A stretch of 58,677 bases of DNA, filler included, from Jimgerdemannia flammicorona (lineage: Eukaryota), in assembly GCA_003990765.1 (NCBI GenBank). It is 3 parts of 3 records of this genome, joined end to end, with 100 filler letters (N's around TTAATTAATTAA, not from the genome) between each part and the next. Parts side by side here need not be neighbours in the genome. Positions count along the whole stretch, not along the records: positions 39,191 to 58,677 come from RBNJ01001929.1; 2 more parts are not named here. One strand, given 5' to 3'. The notes beneath the pieces are model-generated. The model worked only from the letters and a program-made list of their open reading frames with translations. It did no database searches and had not been told where the DNA came from. How positions within the stretch are numbered: the stretch's first letter is position 1; each line of letters opens with the position of its first letter. The translations under genes and the position numbers were made by a program. Shown in pieces: positions 39,355 to 51,899 of the stretch.

Positions 39355-41485
39355 AGAAATAATATTGATTATCAATCTTATTCTCTACAAATCCACATTC
39401 AGCTCTTCCTGTATCAAGTCTAAGTTATGCTCTGCAGTCAGTTTCTTCTCCTCTGCTATCTGTGCTTCCAATCTAACCAGGAGTTCAGCTATTGCCCCAT
39501 TCTCTTTTTCCTTAAAGTCCTCACAATACTCCAGGCATACCTTCTACTAGAGTTGCAAACCATGATGCTCTGCCCAACAGTAGGCCATATGCTCACTGGT
39601 AATGACTGCCAGCTTAGCCTCCCTCTCCTTATCAACCTCATATCCCTCTTTCTCCAGAAGAATCACAAGTATCTCTGCCCTCAGTACTCTCACCACCCCA
39701 TCTCCATGTAGAATCTGGGCCCAATACTCCTCAGGCATCATATGTAAGTCCACTTCCTCCAACTCCTTAGCTGCAAAGTTATCTATCATCTTGCTTATCT
39801 ACAGCAGGTTCTCCACCTCCTTCCCTCTCAGCATTCCTGGTCTTTCCATATCTAGCATTATAGTATCTGCCCCTATACTGGCTGTCTCATCTCATCTCTT
39901 CTCTGGGACATCCACTAGCTCATCCTCACCAACTGTCACTACCTATCTGCCCTTCATCAAGTCAGGAACTCCAAAGTGTACCTGCTGAGTACCTCTCACT
40001 GGCTCATCCTCTGCTGTCTGATCCCTTGCAGTAGGACCCCACTGAACTAGAGGGAGAGTGTCATCCAAGACTTATTCCCAGACTTTGAATATACTATCTG
40101 CAAATAGGTCCTTGTGTGGTATCTTCCCATCTCCCTCCAGGCCCTCCTCCACATCTCCTCCTCTCTTACTAGCCCAGACACTCACCTTCACCCCTGCAGA
40201 CTTCTCTATACCCCCAGTCTTCAACTTTGCCCCACCCTCTATGCTTGCCAGCAGCTCTCTCTATCTTCTATATCCTTGAGCCCTCTCTCACTATCTCTTG
40301 TTAGTATGAATATATTTCCCATCAACAATCTCCAGATATATCAACTCTATATACAACTTCTATATCTTTGTCTACTGCTTGACAGCTCTGCTCATCTCCT
40401 TCAGAGCCTCTAACAGATCCTCCTCCTTCTCCTCCTCCTCACTCCCTTTCACTCTTGATACTCAATAACTAAAAGCCCCCCAAAGCATTACCACCAGCCA
40501 GTCACTCATCTTTTCAGTGGCCTCCTTCCCTATCAGTCAAATCCTGATATCAATATCTCTCATCCTGATAGTGGTCCCCTCCTATATCTGGAAATCAATA
40601 TCAACTACATTGCTATACTCAGCCATCACCTCCTCAACCCTCCTCCTCATCTTGCCTGCTGTTACCATAGGCACTCTCTTCACTAGTAACTGAATCATCC
40701 TGAGGTCCCACCTCAGACAATGTACCATAGGGACCACTACTTCTCTGACTACTATACTAGTTTTCAGTATCTCATCCAGTGGGCCTGCCTCTTCAAAGCC
40801 CACCTCAACCCCCTCCAGACCCTTCAGGAACTTCACTGAGACGACTCTAGCCACCTGCTCTGAGATAATCCCCAAGACCATTCTTACTATCACCACTAAG
40901 CCCTGGAAGTACAAAGTAGTCATAAACTCTAAAATCAACTTCTTGAGTAATGGTACTACTGCCAGTCCTATCACACTATCTGCCAGATTCTTCTTTTACA
41001 TTGAGAACCCCTATCTCACCCTACTATCAGCTATTACATCTCTTTTTTTTTTCCTAATTCCCTATCATACTCTCATCAGCAGTTCCACTTCTAGCTACAA
41101 TATCTCTAGCCCCTATACTCACATCTCTCTCTGGAGTATCACTCCCCCTCTCAATGCTAGCCTTGTCCTTTCCCTCAGCACTAGCTCTAGTTCTAGCTGG
41201 CCACTCACTCACCTTCACCTTATCTACAAAGCTGATGGGTCCAGGCCTTCCCCCAGTTCCATCTGTTACTAGATCTTCTCTAGAGTCTTCTCCACCCTTC
41301 AACTCTTTAAAATTCCCCATCTCCAGTCCATAACCTCTCTCTACATACTGTCAGCTAAATGCCCCAGGTCTACCTGATCCAGCATACTCATCAGAACTCT
41401 TGCTCAATGATATTTTTATAGTACCTTTTCTCTGAGTTGTATTGAAAAACTGTTACTTGAAGTTAGTGTAATGTGAATTGTGACT
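39355..41485 (-). mobile_element. LINE 5' region and ORF1, decayed
   Basis: 5' part homologous to 19599-19980; coding-like fragments 40582..40974 and 39547..39789. Confidence 0.6.
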
Positions 41486-41489
41486 CACA

Positions 41490-42600
41490 GCCTCCTCCTC
41501 TACAGACCTCTGCAACATGGCTTACAAATACTCTCAATTTTCCTTCTACTATACCTTCTCTTCCCATCAGCCTAAATTCAGACCCAGTTCTTAATAAACT
41601 CCTCTTACTTCTTCTTCTATAAGATCTTTGCTACTTTTTACTCCTCTAGAGTAATTAGCAACTTCTTCTCTTTCTATTCAGAGCCTTTTCTCCTTTAGAC
41701 TTAGAACTCCTACTTCTTAATATAAATAATCTCAAGCCAGTCTCACTCCAACCCTGTTGTCACTTTTTCTTCTAACCTCACCATTACTTTGCAATTACTA
41801 TTTCTCAGCTTTATATTCTTTTAAAATATAAAGCCAAAATCTATCATCTCATCAAAGCCCTCTAGAGCCTTGGCCACTATCATCTTTATCTCCTGTCTAC
41901 TCAGTATTAATAATCTTTCAACCATCAGATATATTATACATAGGTTTTACTACAGAAATTACACTATCTCTACTCTGATATTCTTGACCATCAGTCTCTT
42001 CTCCAGGGCCTTTATCATTATATCTTCTATAATGAACCTGACCTCTATAGCCTCTACTGATAGAATAAATCTCAATAACTCTACTCTAGTAACTTTCTCA
42101 CCTATTAGTCACAAAACTTCTCTGGCTAATAGCTCTAGTTCTAAGAAGTTAGCAGAGATTGCTCATATTAATACTGATTTATAAAAGAATAGATATATAT
42201 ACAACTAGCTCACCAGTCTTAGCTATCAAAATTACTCTACTCTTACTTTCAGAAATATTAGCTATTACCTTACTAGATACCACTACTCTATTACTAGCTA
42301 TACTCTTAGCTACTAATTTAGCCCTAGAAAAATCGGTCCTAATTATCTCACTATCTAACTCCTGATCTCTGATAGGTATCTAACCAATCAGCTAACCTGT
42401 CACCTGACTTCTCCCCCTATTAATACTATGTCTTCTCTTCCTTTCAACTATAGGTTTATAAGTAGCCCTCCTACTCTCTATTATAGTATACTAGCTATCT
42501 ATACTAATAGTATACCTCTGATCACTAGTTCTCTACTATATTACTAGCTCTAGCAGTTATAGCAAAACTTTTGAAGAGACTCAGACTAGGTCTTCTACTC
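41490..42600 (-). mobile_element. Older LINE ORF1 remnant
   Basis: EVRFIIEDIMIKALEKRLMVKNIRVEIV..NLCIIYLMVERL aligns with EVGFEEAGPLDEILKTSIVVREVVVPMV..DLRMIQLLVKRV at 40582-40974. Confidence 0.55.
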
Positions 42601-42799
42601 TCTAAGCACTTAGAGCTTGATGAATTTTAACTTGCCATAGTACTAAAACTTGATAAATTTTAATAAACCTTATTATGAATTATAACTAAACTTCTATCAT
42701 ATCTAGTATACTAGTGTAGATAAAGTAAAAACTTGAAAATATGTTGCTTTTTATGAAAAGATACCTGTGTAACTTAGCTTGCTCTAAATGGTTTGAATA

Positions 42800-43178
42800 A
42801 AAGAAGTTTTATAAATTATTGAAGTTTAGTCTGTTGATATATATATATTGAAGATTGGTCTATTAATATGAGTACTTAAATATATTATATATATATATTT
42901 AGTATATGAGTTATATGATAGATTGAAGAATTCAGATTAAGTAATTTAGATTAAAGAATTTGGATTGAAGAATTTAGATTGAAGAATTTAGTTTGAAGAA
43001 TTTAGATTAAAGAATTTGAATTAAATAACTCAAATTGAGTAATTTAGATTAAGAATTCAGATCAAATAATTTAAATTAATCTAAGTTAGCTTAGTTGTTT
43101 CAGATTTAAAATTTGGATCTATCTATTATATTGTAAATTAAATCTAGATTTAATTTGAATTAGCTCATTTGAGTAATA
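42800..43178 (-). mobile_element. Decayed left end of a hAT element related to the one at 48735
   Basis: Reverse complement resembles 48735-49200 including the 14-bp subterminal repeats (GATTGAAGAATTTA)n. Confidence 0.65.
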
Positions 43179-43199
43179 AGTAGGTTAAGATAATTAATG

Positions 43200-43370
43200 A
43201 TCTGATAGTTTTTAAGAGAGAGATAGTTAGAGAGAGAGAGTATATTGGGATAAAGTAGGGTGGAGTCAGGTTGGGGCTACTAGTGTATTATAAGGACTAT
43301 ATATTTGTTATAGATTAGATTATAAAAAGATCAAGTACTTATAGAAAAAATATATAAAAATAAATAAAAT
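43200..43370 (+). mobile_element. Possible decayed LINE 3' end with eroded poly(A)
   Basis: Purine-rich stretch, TGGGGCTACT and CAAGTACTTATAGAAAAAA resemble the LINE ends at 10803-10900 and 19351-19420. Confidence 0.4.
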
Positions 43371-43904
43371 TGAAGTATTGTGGTCTATACTAGTCATAGC
43401 CATCTTTAACCTCAAAACTTGTCATAGATCAGCTGAGCATTCTGCTATTTAAATCATTGTTCAAACATTTTATAGCTCTTGAGGTATTTGTTCATACAAA
43501 TATTCTATTATATGAGCTAATATGAAGATTCACACCACCATTGATCAATAATTCCATCGATAATTATTGTTGATGGATAAACAAATCAAACCATTGACAG
43601 CTGGCTTGACTCGCTGACTGCCGAAAACATTGACCACGCACATGAACAGATTTCTTTTTTTTTTGTCTGGCGTGAGATCACGTGGTTTCCCCTTCCCAAT
43701 CCACAATTATGCGTGATATCCCGAATTCTCATTTTAAGCCACCCAATACTCTCGGCGTCGCCTTTCCGTTGTCGCTCTCACAAACGTAGCGTCCGTTATA
43801 TTTGTTACTTAAACCTAGGAAACCATTGTTATTCAAACGTAACGAACCACATGCTTATTCTTTCGTGCTCACCTCGTTTCTACGTCACATCCAGCTTGCC
43901 AATC

Positions 43905-44104
43905 ATGTCTAAAAAAGAAATCGATCCATACTTTCGTCAAAGTCCTCCCAAACAATGGAACCTCCGGAGATTTCTGGACAAATGTGATCTTGAACCATTT
44001 GATACAAAGCTGAGGCGGTACGTTTACTCTCTGACGGCGATTGCTGATGAAAATAGCAACAGAAGCAAAAGAGCACAGGAGCTGCTCAACAAATATCACA
44101 AGGC

Positions 44105-44140
<36 letters not shown>

Positions 44141-46648
44141 TTGGAAGTAAGTTGAAGGCATGCTTTGGATCTACGTCATCCTCTGTCATTCAAGGCTACG
44201 ACCCGAGCCAAGCCAGTGTGGACCATGCGACCTTGGTTGCTTTGGATAAAGGCTACGTCCCGACCGACACCGGCCACGTTGGGGCTCAGTTGAACTACGT
44301 CTTCGACTGGAGCTCAAGTCTACGACGCGACCTGACGTGATGGGAAATCAAATATGAAATTGGAGGTTTTCTGAGAACACTACTAATTTCCTGTTCCCTG
44401 TGACAGGGCAAACGACCGCATCACCGTCTGGCAAGAGAATGGCAGAAGAAGAGGAGATCCTATATTCACTTTCATAAGCCAAAGTTCAGTGGTGTCTCTG
44501 TAGGAAAGGTTGAATCCATTAGAACCATTAACGGCACTACATTTGGTACTTCAAGAATGCCCAATCCTGGTAAGTTCTTTAAGAGCAACTCAGATATACT
44601 AGAAAAGGTTCCATTGATATCAAAGACCTGACGGTAAAGATCTCAGTCATGAATGTGGCAATTTTAAATTTTAATTTACCAAACAGGGCCGTCCAAAAAA
44701 CGGAAAGTTGACAGTCTCTTCGAGGACGAGACCGATGACAACGAGACTGGTGACGACGAGACCGAGACCACTGACTACGAGACCGATAGCTATGAGACCG
44801 ATAGCTACGAGACCGACAATGACAACCATCGATCAGAAGACCAGGTTCCTCATATTTGTCAATCTTTATTTCTGGCTCGGTTGTCATAAAAGTATTGACA
44901 ATGCTCACAGAATTTTGATGAACTCGATTTAGGACAACTTCGAAGGTGAAGAATTCGAGGTGGGATCTGTCCCAGTGTAAGTTTTTTTTTTTTTTTTTTT
45001 TTTCCTAGATATCTATGTTTTTAAATCTCATAAATTAATATGCTTACTATGTGAACAATCTGAACAGTGAACATGAATATGAAAAATGTGGTGTTGCCGA
45101 ATCTTTTTTAAAAAACTATCAGGAGCTGGACCCTGTCTGCAAATGGGTGCTAGCTAGTGGGATGGTAGTAGAGGATGTGCTTTTTAAAAAATATAAAGAT
45201 GTTGGTATGGAATTGTTAGCTCATTCGTGGATTATTGATCTTGGTGATCACGAAACGGCGTCGTTGTTTTCTCCGGCGGATTGGAAGGAGATTAGTAGCT
45301 TGTCATTGTCCTTACCACAGCTTGATGAATTGACGGCGAAGGTGATGTTGAGATTTGCTGGGGTGAGTTTTTGGCATTGTATTTTATCTTCTTTCTTGAT
45401 GAAATTTTTACTCATGACAAAACATAGGCGTCGACGACCGCCAAGCTCCGAGAGATTCTCGAAACAACCTCTTACAGACCAAAGGATGAGCCATACGTTC
45501 GTGAGAAGCATTACGATCCCGAGTGGGTTCATCTAGTTATGCACAAGATGTAGGTCATCACATTTAGCGGTTTAATTGTAATTTTCATCCATACAATAAC
45601 TATTTTGCCTCTTAAATTATATAGGCTTACGTTATTCGAGAATCCTGACAAACCTCTCCTCAAACCTCACTTGGAAGGCTGGTATGATGCCAACATCTGG
45701 TCCCTGATAGTTGACCACTGTCTTCATGATCTCAAACGTATGGAGACAGTACGGTATGTATTTTCTGCTCATTTTGTTGTTTATGCCTGTGTATCTTTTT
45801 CTAAGTTTCAACATTTTTACAGCAAGGAATCAACTTCCTTGGCAACGAAAATGAGGAAGAACCGGAAGAGGTTGACAACGGTAAAAGGAAATCGGGCCAA
45901 ACTTGGCCGACGCTTCGATGCAATCATCAAAACCGATGGCAACGACTACTATGAATATGGTGCCATTGAAGTCGCCAAGAGCTTTGAAGGCGTGATGTCA
46001 ACGAAATGGCTTAATGACAACCTTAAGCTAGCAAAAGCTCTCCGCGATATGTTCTTTCGACTCAACCAACTTGTGGATAACCACGTAAAAAAGGAACTCC
46101 AAGTCGTCGGATTGGTGAACTCAGGTAAGTTATGTGAAGAGTCTTGTATCTGCCAATCCATCGGAAGGTATAGAATATTAAGCGATTCTTAAAATGCAGG
46201 GTTGAAGTGCCAGGTTGTACGAATGAACAACCCGCGTGGCTATGTGTGCCTCCTGAAACGAGAGGAACTACATGAGGTCCCTGTCGATATCGAACAGCTA
46301 TCGAATCTGTTCAGGTTGTTGAAAAGTGTTTGGCAAATGAAAGTAAGCTATCCTTTATTGCATTCTTGTCTGCTAAGAGAAGGAAGAAGAATTTATATGA
46401 CCTTGCATACATAAATTTAGACGATGATTAAAAATTGTGCATCTACTGTCAAGCACCATCTTCTCTCCAAGATGGAGGCAAAGTTGCTCGAAGAGTTGAC
46501 GGGGAGTGAGGTGACCCTGAGTGTATCACCACCTCGTACTGGAGTGATGCCTTGGACTTTTGATACTCCAGATAAGCCTATGCAAGCAAAACCATCTTGC
46601 ACCAAATCACCTACACTAAAGTCGTCAAGAGTCTCTCGTCGTAGGTAG
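43905..46648 (+). CDS. Apparently intact 10-exon gene, ~593 aa, with NLS, acidic tract and C-terminal PD-(D/E)xK-like nuclease-fold domain
   Basis: Exons 43905-44102, 44407-44569, 44687-44844, 44933-44976, 45068-45362, 45428-45549, 45625-45753, 45823-46124, 46200-46342, 46421-46648 splice in frame (1782 nt, no internal stop seen); PSKKRKV; EGWY..IW, RKES, GRRFDAII, EYGAIEVAK, KLAKALRDM. Confidence 0.8.
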
Positions 46649-47300
46649 AACACACTTAAATCTTTCCAGCCTTTTCATATTGTACGGATTCAAAGCCCCT
46701 AAACAGATGTGTAGTTATTGGTTGGGCGAAGGGGGATGGTCATGAAATTATCCTTGTAACAAATAGTTTGGACCAGGGTGGGTTGCACGATCAGAATTCT
46801 ATTGATTATAGTTTATTCATTAAAATCTGCCTTGGAACCTGTTTTTTTTTTTTTTTTGTGGGGTTACGCGATTGCGTGATGATGGGTGAAGCGAGACGGT
46901 TAGTGAAAACCTCCTCCTATATCCTTAACGGTCTCGCCATTCTCTCCATTTCATTGCTGTGCATATACTAATTGGAACGCTTGCGGAGCACTAACGTTCT
47001 AACGGTCTCCGCATGATCCAACCAATCTTATTCCAACCACAAGGTAACTCTTTACTTCGCATATTCTTCGACATAACGCTCAGCAACAGAAGTGGTTGTC
47101 ATTGAGGTGTTTGAGCAGTTCAAACAATGGTATTTAATTACAAGCTAAACGATAGCCGATCTACCGCCAGAACCACAAATGCGAGCACAATTCAAAATTC
47201 CCTCTTCCAAACTGTCGACCTTGAACAACAGGGCACAAATAATCAGAAGTCATGCGATACATCAACAAAATGTCCAGTTCGAACAAGCGCAATACAACAG

Positions 47301-47522
47301 GTGTGTGCCTGACCTCAAACCTGTCAGACGCAGTCGCAGGGATACTACCCTGATATGTACAAAACTTCTCATCCTAAGTCAGTTGCTTAGAGAAAGGGGT
47401 TGTTATCGGGATGTGTGTGCCTGACCTCAAACCTGCCAGACGCAGTCGCAGAGATACTATCCTGATATACAAAATTTCTCATCCTAAGTCAGTTGCTTAG
47501 AGAAAGGGATTGTTATCGAGAT
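47301..47522. repeat. Tandem duplication, period 112 bp
   Basis: GTGTGTGCCTGACCTCAAACC...TTGTTATCG starting at 47301 and 47413. Confidence 0.9.
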
Positions 47523-48354
47523 ATATAGAAATGCCAAGTTTGATATAGTGTTCTTTGGCTAATATTAGAAAAATATGTAGAAGGAAATCAAGAGCGCTTT
47601 CAGTATATTATAGATATACATAAAATAAAACTTACCTTTTTAGGAGTGGTTTTTTTTATTTGGTGAGCAAAACTCTAGAGGAGTATTAATTACCAAACTC
47701 TTTCTCATTCAAATTTCTCTCTCTCTGCTCTATCTTTCATAGCCTTAAACTAGAAAATTGGTATGTGCATGATTTCCTATTCATTATGAAACTATAATAA
47801 AGAATATATATATTTATCTATGGTAATATACTATATTGTCAATAATATATTAGAGCTAATCATAGGTAGTTGGGATATTAAATTAGTATAACAGTTGGCT
47901 ATAACAAGTTATATAAATAAAGAAATATGAGAAAATAAAATCTAGTATCAAAAGTTTAAAAATATCACTAGTAATACTAATGTTCTTGATTAAGACCTAA
48001 TATATATTCTTTAGAGTCTTTTGAACTCTCAGTATATCTGATAAAATCTTTATCTTATTATTAGATCTTGAATCAATAAAGAGAATTCTTATCCTCAGAG
48101 TTAGAGTTAAGTATTAAAAGATATAGATATATTAAGTTAAAGATAATAAGAAAAAGAATAAATTGATACAAAAATTAAAAATATTTTTTTTTAAAAAGAA
48201 TAAAAATAATATTATATAATAGAATATATTTTAATATATAAAAGAACTTTAATAATATAATAGAAATTTAAAGATCTTTATATATTATTTAAGTTTATAA
48301 GTTAAATTATAAGTCAATATTAGATTGTATCAAATAATAAAGAATAAAAATATT

Positions 48355-48412
48355 GAGTTAGAGTTAGGGTTAGAGTTAGGCTTTAAGTTCTAGATTAGGG
48401 TTAGGGTTAGGT
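48355..48412 (+). repeat. Interstitial telomere-like (TTAGGG/TTAGAG)n
   Basis: GTTAGAGTTAGGGTTAGAGTTAGGG..TTAGGGTTAGGGTTAGG. Confidence 0.6.
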
Positions 48413-49259
48413 TTCAAGTTATAATTTATTTATTGTAGAGAAAATAAAGTACATCAGTATAGTAAAAGATATAATAAGAAAAGAAATATAGTTCTAAATA
48501 TTTGAGACACATTTGACTACTAAATGAAATAGTCATAGTATTAAAATAAAAAAGATATAAAAAGTAAAAAGTGATCTATAAAATAAATAACTACCTAAAA
48601 AGAAACTAAATAAAGACAAGTGAGACAACTACTATAAAGGGGGGCTGAATAAATCATTTTATTATAATTATAAAAAAAATAAAAATATAGAAGTAAAGTA
48701 AAGAAAATTTTAAGATAAAATATAAATATATCTATAGTATTCCAAATGAGTCAATTCAAATCAAATCCAGATTTGATTTATCACATGATGGTTTGATCTG
48801 AATCTCAAATCCAAAGCCATCTGAATCAACTCAGATTAATCTGAATTGCCCCATCTGAATCACCCTATCTGAATCACCCATCCAAACCACCCCAATCTGA
48901 ATCACTCAATCTGAATCACTCAATCTGAATCACTCAATCTGAATCCTCTAATTTGAATCCTCTAATTTGAATCCTCTAATTTGAATCCTCTAATTTGAAT
49001 CCTCTAATTTGAATCCTTCAATCTGAATCCTTATCTGAATCCTTCAACTGAATCCTCCAATCCAAATTCTCTACATAACTCATATGCCAGATGCATCCAC
49101 AACACAATACATACACATGCATATACAATACATATATATATATATACATGTACATGCAAATACACAAACACATATGTTGACAGATCAGTCTTTAACAGTT
49201 CACAGTACTGATGATGCTTCAAGTCAAATATCCCTGATAGTTCCACACCTTCTATACAA

Positions 49260-51760
49260 TTCTTGCTCTGAAATCTGACAATATTGTACTAAGATAAGAG
49301 ATGATGTTGTTTGTAATTATTGCAGGTAAAAAATTAAGACACACCTATTGATACTTTTTGTTTGTTTTGATACACACATGATATTATTTCATCTATCCCT
49401 ATAAACTACACCAGCCAGAAGTTCAAAATGCTTGGGGGTATAACTTCGAACATGAATCAACACATAAAAGACAAGTACTCTGACAAAATCAAAAAGAATA
49501 TAGAGACAAATAAAATTGACATCCAAGCTATGGTGGGTATGTTTATTCAATTGCCCAACCATTTCTGTACCAATAATGCTATTTAATCAAAAATATTTAG
49601 CCATACTCTTCAGCAGAATTTTGAAATTGGCTCATTTGCTGGATTGTGTGCACAGACCAGCCATTTACAACTATTGAGAGTGATCAATTGCATAGTATCT
49701 TTGGCCTTCTCAAGCATGATTTATATTTGCCAAGTACCAATACTATTTGCAAAGATGTCCTGGAGGCCTATAGGAAGGAGTATGACAATCTCTGCCAGAT
49801 ACTTCAGGTAAAATAAAGGCAGTACTATGACCTTTGTAAGCTAAATTATATAAAAGAGCTCACCAATTTAACCTCACATTCAATAAGCAGAATTTGGCAG
49901 GCAAAATTTCATTTATGATCAATACATAGACATTTCCCAATGCAATTTCGTTTCTGGGCATTACCAGTTATTAGATTGATCTCAATTGACAGCTTAAATC
50001 TCTCACCCTTGACTTCGTCAAACTTGCTGACCCTCATTCTGAAGACAATATCACAGATGCTTTTATTAGTTATATCCAGGAGCTTGAGATCACAACTAAG
50101 GTAAAAAAGGGGGGCTTGCTATCAGATTGGCATTTTGAGGGAGGTCCTAAAATAAACCAGATTTTATTGGTTATTTATTTTCACATAAATTCACTGACCA
50201 AATATTTCAAGTATAGATTTTGGCCACTATAATGGACAATGCCACAAATAACTCAACATTTTTCAAAGTTTTAGTGGCTAGCCTCAAACAGGAAAACATG
50301 GCCTTTAGTATAGAAAGCTGCCATGTGCAATATCAGACCCACGTACTGAACCTCACTATTCAGAACTATCTTATATACATAGACAAAATATACAAGAGAG
50401 GAGGGGCTCTGAGTATAATTTCCAAGCTGCACAATCTGGTTGTATCAGTCTGATCATCCCCACAACAACGAGATAAATTTGCTGCATAGTGTAGAGCAAT
50501 TAGTTTAGCCCCAAAAGAGCTTATATTGGATGTCTGTATACATTGGAACTCGACATTTGCAATGATCCAGCACATGCTGGAGTTTGCTGTAGTATACATC
50601 CTTTTTTTCTTTGGTTGGCTGAAGCAACTTGTTTCAGATAATTGAAGATTTATTTTAAAAACAAAAAACAAAAAAAGCCAATAGATTCAACAGTAATTAC
50701 TGATAAGGAAATACATACTGAGGCTCTAGGTGAAAGTGAGTGGGACATACTTAGGAATATTGTTAGAGTTTTGGAAGTAAGTGGTGATTGCTCTGGCTCT
50801 ACACTTGTTTTGTCAGCCTCCACACTCATTTTGTCTACCTCCACACAATGCAATATCTCACCACATATAACTGCCAGTGTTTCAATGATTATATGAAAGA
50901 TATAGTCAAACAAATGACCCCAATAATAAGCTCAGCAATACCAGTATACAACCTTCTGATTGACCAGCTAGAGGATAAGCTTGAGGACAGGCTGGAGGGT
51001 TGTGGTGATTTACAGTTGAGTCTGGATCAGAGAGATACTATGGAGGTTGCTCTTAGTAAGCTCAGAAAGTACTACTCCCAAACAGATACTGCCATATACT
51101 CAATCAGTACAGGTATGTTGATGTTGGCATATAGCCATTGCCCCTTCCAAAACAGAGAAACCCCCACAAAAACTCACTCTCTTCTCTTCTTCGAACAGTG
51201 CTGGACCTATGCTTAAAGCTACAATACCATAAAGATCAGGGCTGGGAGCAGCACTTCATTGAGAGAACCAAGCAGGCCATAATCAAAGTATACTGGAAAA
51301 ACTATGCACTGCTGCAAGGTTCCAGCTGAAGTCCAGATGAATATGCCAAGGGATCTCTCTTGTCCCACATTTACTTCAGTAGAAAGAGAAAGAGGGAGCT
51401 GTCAGTGAAAGAGCTGCCATCAATAGACGAACTTACCATTTACCTCGCCAGTGACCGCGTGATCCTACTGGAGGGCATAGAGGTGCTCAACTGATAGAAG
51501 GTGGGTTGTTAGGTGAGTGTTGGGCCAATTTAACCCACTAATCTAACCACCACTCTATCTACTGGGGCATATAGTTACATCAAATAGACTTCCTCAGCCT
51601 GTATGGTATAGCTTGAGACTACCTGGTGATTCTTGCCTCCAGTGCTCCCATCGAGTGAGTGTTCTCAGATGGGGTAGACCTCATTGCCCCAAAGAGGTAT
51701 ATACTGAACACTGAGACAATCTAGGCATGTATGTGTCTGAAGTCTTAGTGGGGCTCAGGC
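49260..51760 (+). pseudogene. Intron-containing hAT transposase pseudogene
   Basis: BED-like VVCNYC..TSNMNQH; DQPFTTIE; FLGIT; MDNATNN; HVLNL; LDVCIHWNST; KLRKYY; A*DYLVILASSAPIE*VFS (dimerisation region). Confidence 0.9.
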
Positions 51761-51899
51761 CACTAAAATTTGGCAGATTCTGGAAGTTTGTGGATAAGTT
51801 GGTTGGCCTTGTGGAATATTTAATACCTTTCAAAAATAATAAAAAGATAAAAAACCCTGAGGACTCAGCCTGGAGTTTGTGGCCCAAGTGGGCAGTGGT

